Shown one piece after another: positions 55,116 through 64,000 of a DNA stretch of 64,000 nucleotides (positions are counted from its first letter, which is position 1; each line of letters begins with the position of its first letter). The notes under the pieces were generated by a model. That model saw only the letters and a program-made list of their open reading frames with translations, ran no database searches and had not been told where the DNA came from. Both the position numbers and the translations under genes were made by a program. This stretch comes from the human T2T-CHM13v2.0 reference genome, Homo sapiens, in assembly GCF_009914755.1 (NCBI RefSeq), contig NC_060935.1; one strand, 5' to 3'.

Positions 55116-56288
55116 GGATAAAGGTCACCAAGCTCCAGATTCAGTATTTTGTTCAATAAAGAACACTGGATTCAAAATTCTGGATCTTTCACCTACTAGA
55201 TGGGACACTTTGGACATCTGACAATCTATACGAGCTCATTTTCTTATCTGGAGGGTGGAGGTAATAGATCCTACTTCATGGAACTGTGTAAGTACAAAAA
55301 TACTGAGTGTCAAGCACCTCATATTGAGAAACACAAAATACTGCTTGTCCTGCCCAGCTATTCGTGACTTCTTTCCTAAGGGCCTTTATTTAGAACTTCA
55401 TATTTGGAGAGAAGAAGGTAAACAGTAGAGATCTTACAGAAAATTAATGACTATATCATTTTTATACAGTCTATGCAATTTTACCTATGTAATCTTCATT
55501 ATCCTCAATCCAAAACTGTGTCTACTATTAGCCCCATTTTACAGAGGGGGGAAGAGGGTCAGGAATATTAAAGACCTTCCTCAAGCCTACAGTGTTAATA
55601 AGCGCTAGATTAAGGATTCCAACGAAGGTGCCAGGATGCACCGCTCTTGCCATTCTCCTCCTCCGCTCTTGCAGGGTGGGCAACTAACATCACAGTCTTA
55701 AGCCACTCCCGTATGTAACTTTCTGTTCTAGTCTCTAAGGTGAATATAGATGTAGGAAAAGGAAGAGAAGAGTCATTTATTGGGTGCTCCTATATCCAGG
55801 CTCTGTGCTATTGCCTTTACTGATATTACCACAATTTAGCAAGACACGACATCCCATAAGCCTGGAAACCAACTTTAAAAAGAGAGTGCAGTGTTTTGTC
55901 TTGTCTTTCACCACTATTTGATTTTTTATTTCAATACTAAGATAAGCAACATCAGTGAAGAGGCCTGTGAGTCTGTCCACACAGGTGTTTACTCAGACAC
56001 CTTTCTTCAAACAATTGCATTAAGTGAACTGCAAGTTGAGGAGCAGCCAAAATCAATTGCAGTAGCAGAGTCCATGTGGGTTGTTATCTGCACAAATATT
56101 AAAACACCTTCCATGAATTTAGAATTACTTCTAATCCAATAAAGAGTGGTGTCTGGAATTCATCAGCTGCTGGTCCAGAAGCTATCACTGTGGAAGCACC
56201 AGCGCTGACACAGACCTGGCTGTGGATAATTTGAGTTTAGGAAGTCGGTTTATCTGAGCTGCGGGGTTGTTGCTGCCACTGTAGCCAT

Positions 56289-56573
56289 TTCTTTCTTTCT
56301 TTTTTTTTTTTTTTTTTTTTTTGAGACAGAGTTTTGCTCTTGTTGTCCAGGCTGGGTGCAGTGACATGATCCCGGCTCACCACAACCTCCGCTTCCCAGG
56401 TTCAAGCAATTCTCCTGCCTCAACCTCCCAGTAGCTGGGATTACAGGTGCCCGCCACCACACCTGGCTAATTTTTTTTTGTATTTTTAGTGGAGAGGGGG
56501 GTTTCACCATGTTGGCCAGGCTTGGTCTTAAACTCCTGACCTCAGGTAATCCACCTGCCTCAGCCTCCCAAAG
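56289..56573 (-). mobile_element. AluSp/Sq SINE lacking its first ~35-40 nt
   Basis: Poly-T tail; gctcttgttg and ctcaccacaacc diagnostics; homology stops at gcctcccaaag. Confidence 0.92.
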
Positions 56574-57584
56574 AAACCACAGTTGTTAACAACTGTGATG
56601 ATTAGGCTGACACATTCCTAGGAGCTCCTTTCTTATCTTTATTTACATATTGCCAACTCAGCATTTTAAAAACTTAAAAAGCATTATAACCAGACCATTG
56701 ATGATAATTTTAGCTACACACATGGACATAACTGACTTATTACTATATTACTAATAATTAATATGGTATTAGTTTTTCCAAAGTGTATGTAAATATTTTC
56801 TTTTATGCTTACAAATCTGGGAAATGGGCTTGAATTATTATTATTGTTCCCAATTTACAGATGAGAAAATAAGAAAGCAGAGAAATTCAATGATTTTACC
56901 CAAGATTACACAGCTGAAAATTCAAGCATTCTTAGATAGTCCTGAGTGTTTTCACCTAAAAGATAGCTACTATCCCAAAAGGCCAGATGCTGAGGTTACA
57001 TTAAATTAAGTCAAATCCTAGCTCTCCCATGTAAGAACTATGAGCCTTTGAATAAAGTACTAAACATGTTTAAACGTGTTAAGATTTTTAATCTGTAAAC
57101 TAGATTTTTAATCTGTAAAACCTAAATAATATTACTTACATAATATTGTGAGAATTAAAAAAAAATCATTCATGTAAATCACTTAGAACAGTACCAGGTA
57201 TATTGCATGGATTTACTGAATTTTAAATGTCTTAACCTTTCATAGATAATAGACTAACAATATTTTAGCAATAGACTAAAATAACAATTTTGGAAATAGT
57301 GTTAAAAAGCACCAATATTCAAACCCTGACCTAATGCTTCCAACAACATAAGTTTGCGTAAGTGTCTAAATATAATATGTCATGTGGGACCAGGTTATTT
57401 TTGCCCTACCAACCCCACAGGATGCATGACAAAGTATAAGTGGAAATACTTTGAAATTTGCAAAGTGCTTTGTAAATATCAGAAGTTGTTATGTTGGTGT
57501 AATACAAACTCTTCAGGCAACAAATAATACTAATGAACATAATATTGACTCACTGCACATATCCCATACGCAGTGTGCCCCATG

Positions 57585-60500
57585 GGTTTTTTCCCAAATG
57601 TATTCATGTATAATTGACAAATAAGAAATGTATAAACATAAGGTATACAACATAATATTTTGATAGATGTAAACATTGTAAAATGATTACCACAATCAAG
57701 CTAATTAGCATCTTCATCATCTCACATGGTTACCTTCGGAGGAGGTGAGAACACTCTAGTTCATAGCAAATTAAAGCTACACAGCATAATATTATTAAAT
57801 AGTCACCATTCGGTACATTAAATCCCCAGAATTTATTCATCCTGCAAAACTGAAACTTTGTACCGTTGGATCATCATCTCCCCATTTCCCTTACCCTCTA
57901 CCACCTGGCAACCACCATTCTACTCTCTTTGAGAAAGTATCATTCTATTATCTACTCTGCTTTTATGAGTTCATCTTCTTTAGATTGTGCATGTAAGTGA
58001 TCATGAAGTACTGGTCTTGTCGATTTTGTTTATGTTTTGGAAAATACCAGCTCTTTGTTTTGTTGTTCTTTTCTATTGTTTTTCTTGCCCATTTCTCCAC
58101 ATATCTTTATCGTTTCCTCCTTCTGCTAGCTTTTGACTTAGTTTGTTCTTTTTTGTTTTAGTTCCTTGAGGTGTAAAGTTAGATTGTTTATTTGAAATCA
58201 CTGTTCTTTTGTAATATATACAGTTATTGCCATAAATTTCCCCCTCTTATGTGCTTTTGCTGCATCCCATGAGTTTTGATATGTTGTGTTTCCATTTTCT
58301 AAAGATTTTATCTTATTTCTCTTTGATTTCTTCTTCGACCCATTGGTTGTTTAGGAGTGTATTGCTTACTTTCCACATATATGTGAGTTTTCCTATTCTC
58401 CTTAACATTGATTTCTAGTTTTATATTATTGTGGTTGGAAAATATACATGATATGATGTCAATCCTTCTAAATTTGTTTAAAATTGTTTTGTGGCCTAAC
58501 ATATGATCTCTCCTGTAAAATGCATGAGTATGCTTGAGAATGTGTATTCTTCTGCTGTCAGAGTGAACGTTCTGTAAATGACTGTCAGGTCTATTTGGTC
58601 CACAGATGATTCTTGGCTTTACAATGATTCAGCTTACAACTTTTTAATTTTATAATGGATTTATGGGGAAATAACCCGATCATAAGTCAAAGACCATCCA
58701 TATGGTGTTGTCTAGTGTATGCTTTCCTTGCTGATTTCCTATCTGGATGATGTATACATTGTTGAAGTGGGGTCCCCTACTGTTATTGTATTGCTGTCTA
58801 TTTCTCTATTTGTTTCTGTTAATATTTGCTTTATGTATTTAGTTGCCCCATCCTTGAGTGTATATATATTTATAATTGGTATATCCTCTTGATGAATTGA
58901 CCCCTTTATCATTATAACTGCCTTCTTTTTCTCCTGTGACAGTTTTTGACTTAAAGTCTATATTGTCTGATGTAAATATAGCCACACATGCTCTCTTTTG
59001 GTTACCATTTATATGAAATATCCTTTACCATGCCTTCACTTTCAGCCTATGCATAATTTTAAAGCTAAAGTGAGTATTTTTGGACACAGCGTATAGTTGG
59101 ATCTTGTTTTTATGTTTTATCCATTCGGCCACTCTTTATCTTTTGATTGGAGAATGTAATTCATTTATATATAAAGTGGTTATTGATAGCTAAGGGCTTG
59201 CTATTGCCATTTTGTTAATTGTTTTCTATTTTGTAGATTTTTATTCCTTTCTTTCTGTCTTCCTTTGTGATTTGATGATTTTCCTAGTAGTACACTTTGA
59301 TACCTTTTTCTTTATCATTTGTGTATCTGCTAAAGGGATTTTTCTTTGTATTACCACAATGTTTACATAAAACATCTTACAACAGTTGATTTTAAGCTGA
59401 TAATTTATTTTTGATTGCATATCCTCCCCACACTTTGTTATTGACGACACAATTTACATATTTTATATTGTGTAGTCATTAACACATTATTATAGGAGAG
59501 TATTTTAATACCTTTGTCTTAAATTTTATGCTAGTGTTAAAATTGATTTATATGTCACCATTACAGTATTAAAGTGTTCTGAATTTGACTATTTTTTTTA
59601 CCAGTGAATTTTATATCTTCACATGTTTTCATGTCCTGATTATTGTCCTTTCATTTGAACTTGAAGAACTCCCTTTAGAGTCTTGTAAGGCAGATCAGGA
59701 GATGAAGAACTTCCTCAGCTTTTGTGTGTCTGGGAAAGTCTTTATTTTGCCTTCATTTCTGAAAGACAGCTTTGCCAGGTTTAGTATTCTTGACTGGCAG
59801 GGTTTTTTCCTTCAGAACTTTGAATATATTATACTACTCTCCTGGCCTGCAAGGTCTCTGATAAGAAATCCATAGCTTTATGGAGGTTCCTTTATATGTC
59901 ATGAGCAGGTTTTTTCTTGCCGTTTTGAAAATTCACTCTTTGCTTTTTACTTTTGATACTTTGATTATCATTTTTCTCAGGGTAATCTTTTTGGAGTTGA
60001 TCCAGTTTAGGGACTTTTGAGATAAATGAAGCTGGATGGCTACATCTCTCCCAAGATGTAGGAGGCATTCAGCAGTTGTTTATCTAAATAGCCTTTCTGC
60101 CCTTTACTCTCTTTTCTTTTTTTTAAATAATCCTGTAATGCATACAGTGATTTTTTATGGTATTCTATAAGTCTTAGAGACTTTCTCTACTCTTTTTTAT
60201 TCTTTTTCTTTATTCTCCTCTGATTGGATAATTTCAGATGACCTGCTTCTGAATTCTCAAATGTTTCCTTCTGCTTGATCAACTCTGCTATTGAAGTTCT
60301 CCACTGAAGTTTTCATTTCAAACAGCTCCAGAACTTTTTGGTTCCTTTTATGATTTTTATCTCTTTGTTCAACTTCCTGTTTTGCTCAGGTGTTGTTTTC
60401 CTGATTTCAATGAGCAGTCTGTGTTCTTTTATAACTCACCGAACTCCCTTAAAATAATTATTTCAAATTGTCAGGCAGTTTATAGATTTCTAATTTCGGG

Positions 60501-61531
60501 GGTTAAGTTACTGAACAATTACTGTGTTCTTTCAGTCATTGATTTTTCATGCTCCTTGAAGTCTCCTGCTGCAGTATTCACAGCTGAGGAAGCAGTCACC
60601 TCTTCCAGTTTTTTGTTTGTTTGTTTGTTTTGGTTTTTGTTTGACTGGCTTTGGGAGAAAAAGACTTTCATCAGTCAGACTGCCTGGGTATTCCTGTGGT
60701 CTTTCAGGATTTTTCTATGGATGTACCCTCTCCACTCCTTTTGTTACTTTTGGGAGGGGGAAGTCTTAGGATTGTGTGCTTTTTCTCAATTCCACAAAAC
60801 TAGGCTGAGTGTGGAGAGTTTACCATTTCATTTCCCTAAGGTAGTATCTTGAAGTGGTCAAGGTTAAGCATCTTTTTTCAAGCCAGCATAGTTGGCGCTA
60901 GTTGTCTGTGTGTACACCTGCATGGTCTGCAGGGGCGTACTCACAATAGCTATGGTAAAAGGGGAGGGCACACAGAGCAGTGGGGCATGCATGGGTGTGT
61001 TGGTGGGAAAGATGCAGGTGATACATCCTACTAGATAAATGGGTAGGCCTCTTGGTGAAGTCATAAGGCAGTTAGTAGAAACCATGGCCCTTTGTTGTAT
61101 TCCATGCCTGGTTGCTGTGAGGCCCCACCCCATTTCCCTGCTCCTACCTGCCCCCAGACTATTCAGCCATGCTGATCCCCTCAGTATTCTGAGTGCAGAG
61201 AGAAAGAAGTGGGCCTTTGGGCAGGAAGCTGCATGGCTAGAGAAGCAGACACTCAACTACTCTCTCACTTTCCCCCGTGGATAAATTCATAAATTGAGAG
61301 GATCTGTATTGGCAATGAACTGTGCTACCTTGGGGAGGAGTGATGTGGGCAGGGTAAAACTGTTCTTATGCTCTTCAGTGTGCCTACTCACAAATTTGTT
61401 TCTTCTAATAGAATGCCAGGACATCTCTGCTTAACTCCTGGGCTCTTCTCCACGGATGGTTGTCAAAATCAGTGTTTCTGTCAGGATACAAAGGTTGAAA
61501 ATTCTGATTCTGCCATCTTTCTGACATCCTC
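57585..61531 (-). mobile_element. L1MA (about MA8/9) with both ends and a large internal ORF2 deletion
   Basis: 3'UTR at 57585-58020 joined directly to early ORF2/EN sequence (antisense ORF 58308-58502, LGHKTILNKF), then ORF1 and 5'UTR ending ttctgccatctttctgacatcctc. Confidence 0.75.
58603..58700. mobile_element. MER47C-like TcMar-Tigger MITE nested in L1
   Basis: cagatg...ttacaatgattcagcttacaac...aacccgatcataagtcaaagaccatc; ~98 bp; TA on the right flank. Confidence 0.7.
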
Positions 61532-61799
61532 AAGGCCTTATATGCTGAATCATATGTCATTTTCACAAAGACCTTACGGGGCAAATATTAATATCCACAT
61601 CCTATGGATGAATATAGTGAGGCTGAAAGCAGTAAGTAATTTGACCAAAGTCACTCACCTAGTAAGTGATGGATGGGATTTGACCCAAAATAAAATATAG
61701 GGAAATATAGCTGTTGAGCTTAAGCTCTTAAACACTAGAGTATAAAGATGAGCTAGTAAGCTGTGTAATGGCAAAGTAAGAACCAACAATAAAAGAATA

Positions 61800-62090
61800 T
61801 TTTTTTTTTTGAGACGGAGTCTTGCTCTGTCACCCAGGCTGGAATGCAGTGGCCCCATCCTGGCTCACTGCAAGCTCTGCCTCCTGAGTTCATGCCATTC
61901 TCCTGCCTCAGCCTCCCGAGTAGCTGTGACTACAGGCGCCCGACACCACGCCCGGCTAATTTTTTGTATTTTTAGTAGAGATGGAGTTTCACCGTGTTAG
62001 CCAGGATGGTCTCGATCTCCTGACCTCGTGATCCGCCCACCCCGGCCTCCCAAAGTGCTGGGATTACAGGTGTGAGCCACCACGCCCAGC
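61800..62090 (-). mobile_element. AluY SINE
   Basis: Y diagnostics gcaagctc, gccattctcc, accgtgttagccaggatggtctcgatctcctgacctcgtga; degraded TSD aagaa(t/c)at. Confidence 0.93.
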
Positions 62091-64000
62091 AAGAACATAC
62101 TTTTATAAATGCAAATGCTTATGAGAAAATAATAAATTACCTCTAGCTTGTAGATTTTTCATCTTCATATATGGATACTGTCCATATATGAAGTATCCCA
62201 AGTGATGATGAATCCCAAGTGATCTCTAATCAAATATACTTAACTGTTTGTAACTGTTTCAGCTAGAATCCACCACTCAAAGAAAAAAAAAATAGAAAAC
62301 CAGAAAGCATTTAAAGATAGTGACCCCCCCACCCAAGGTATTCCAGGGAAGGAAATTGAAATGCCATTTCAATGGAAAAAAATTTGAATTTATAATCTTG
62401 AGTATTTCAACCTGTTATTTTGGAGCTTGGCTGTATTACAAATTTATTTGCATCTTTTTAAAGGAAAATACTGTCAGAAATTTGATTGCATTTATTTTTA
62501 CCTACTAAACCTATTTAGAAGAGGCCAATGTTGAAGGATATTTCTTTTCTTTAACTTAAAAACAGATCAAAATAATTTTTCATTCTTTTTCCCAAAAACA
62601 AAAAAATTTTCAATGCATTTTAATAAAACTCAAACTGTCTCTCTCTGTGCTTTCCCTCAAGTTATCCATTTTTAATTGTCTTCAGTTCTTGGCATTTTGA
62701 TGCCATGGATAGGAATTGTGGCTCTTTCCAGTCTCCCCCACCCACTTCCTCGTATGTTCACTGAAATAGGCTTAGAAGCCATCTGCATCTCTGTGTGGAG
62801 GCACGCTAAATGTCAGTCTTCCCATTGGCTCCACACAGAAGAGGGCTCCAAAAGACCTGCTGGTCTCATGCCCAAACTGCTGTGACCCTTGCCTTGCTGG
62901 GTTTTTTTTTTTCTATTAATATTTTAACACGTGGGTTGCATGAGCTTGGGAAGCACTTTTGTCTCAGTAGGGAGTAGAAGACAAGCTCCAGTGCACAGAT
63001 TTTTTTTTTTTTTCTCGGAGACAGACAGAGAACTGGTACTTAGGATCTGACTAAAGAGCACAGTCTCCACTACCTCTCTTTTTTGTAGGTTAGAGGGAGT
63101 AAGTGTTAATGTTAAACTTTAAGAAAGGCAAAGGAGAAAGAAGAGAAAAGTATAGGTTAGTTCAATATTGGATAGAAGAGAAGAATAGAAAAGAGGAAAA
63201 GGAGATGGTAAAGAAAAGGCTAAAATAGAGAAAGCTGAGAAGGAAGGAAACATTAAGAGGAATGAAGAAAGAAAAAAATGTAAGTCCTATGCTTAGCACT
63301 GATGTTGCAATGATAGGTAAATCTACAGTAGGAAGAAACTATTAAGAAGAGAAGATATGGAGGGAGAAAGGGAGAAATGAAGACTTCTCTAATGTCTACT
63401 GTGTACCAGCCATGTGGTAAAACTTTGATATCCACTATCTCATTCAGTCTTTACCACATTTGTATAAAGTGCATATAAAGAAAGTTAAGCTCAGAGTAAT
63501 TTTGAAAGTTACATAAATTTCAAAGCTAATCACAGAATCCAATCTTCACTGGTCTTTACATTATAGAGTAAACCCTTTTTGAGCATCTTCTGAACAGGTG
63601 TCATATGCTGTGTCAGTTTTCCAAATGAGTGGTACAGTCTCTGCTTTTCAGAACCTCACAATAAATAAGAACAGACTTTTTTGACAACAAATGGAAGTCT
63701 AACCACAGGTCGATATGGCAGGGCTAAGAATCTGGAGAAGTCTATACAATACAAACCCATCTCTGGGTTTTAAGATCCAAATTAGAAGCTCAAGTTTATT
63801 CTAGCTTGGCTGGAATGATCCTAAACACTTTAGACTATTGGTGGAAACTCCTTGGATACAGAATTCAGTTTTACGACAGTTGGAGGAGTTTGCCTGAGGC
63901 AAATGCTTCCCACCTATAGTAGGATCAGTCTTGAAAAGATCTCAGTCTAGAATATGGTATGTGGAAGAACTGCAAGCACTAGACTTTAAGGATTGTCACG

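Noticed and set aside
53747-56573. Opposed AluJ/AluS pair as a dsRNA structure
   Set aside because: Commonplace; diverged subfamilies more than 2 kb apart
57082-57119. Tandem duplication of agatttttaatctgtaaa with a 20-bp period
   Set aside because: Routine slippage duplication inside a MIR

Overview
Primate genomic DNA, most likely human or ape (AluJ/S/Y, L1PA, THE1). It is AT-rich, dominated by repeats, and intronic or intergenic. I recognise no host protein-coding exon. The only ORFs with recognisable protein similarity are broken LINE-1 ORF1/ORF2 pieces. Main elements: a 5'-truncated L1PA2/3-like copy (8.6-11.4 kb); a near-full-length L1PB with a nested THE1 LTR, itself inserted in an older L1M (25.4-35.9 kb); a two-LTR ERVL (LTR16C/HERV16-like) proviral fossil interrupted by an L1PA8A-like copy (47.2-53.3 kb); an internally deleted L1MA (57.6-61.5 kb); solo LTRs, DNA-transposon fossils, and many MIR/L2 fragments. 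Structures the repeat list does not explain: (i) a tailless retrocopy of a 5' tRNA-Glu(CTC) half with a TSD at 106-164; (ii) a non-Alu inverted repeat of unrecognised sequence with ~240-280 bp arms at 11748-12787; (iii) a second complex inverted duplication at 20326-21438; (iv) a ~92%-identical copy of a MIR segment 2.4 kb from its source, ending in a fold-back junction; (v) two twin-primed L1 insertions. I cannot support a new biological system. These are best read as retrotransposition and repair scars, and the 11.7-12.8 kb hairpin is the best candidate for function. Subfamily names come from recalled consensus sequences and need RepeatMasker/Dfam confirmation. Boundaries of old repeats are approximate.
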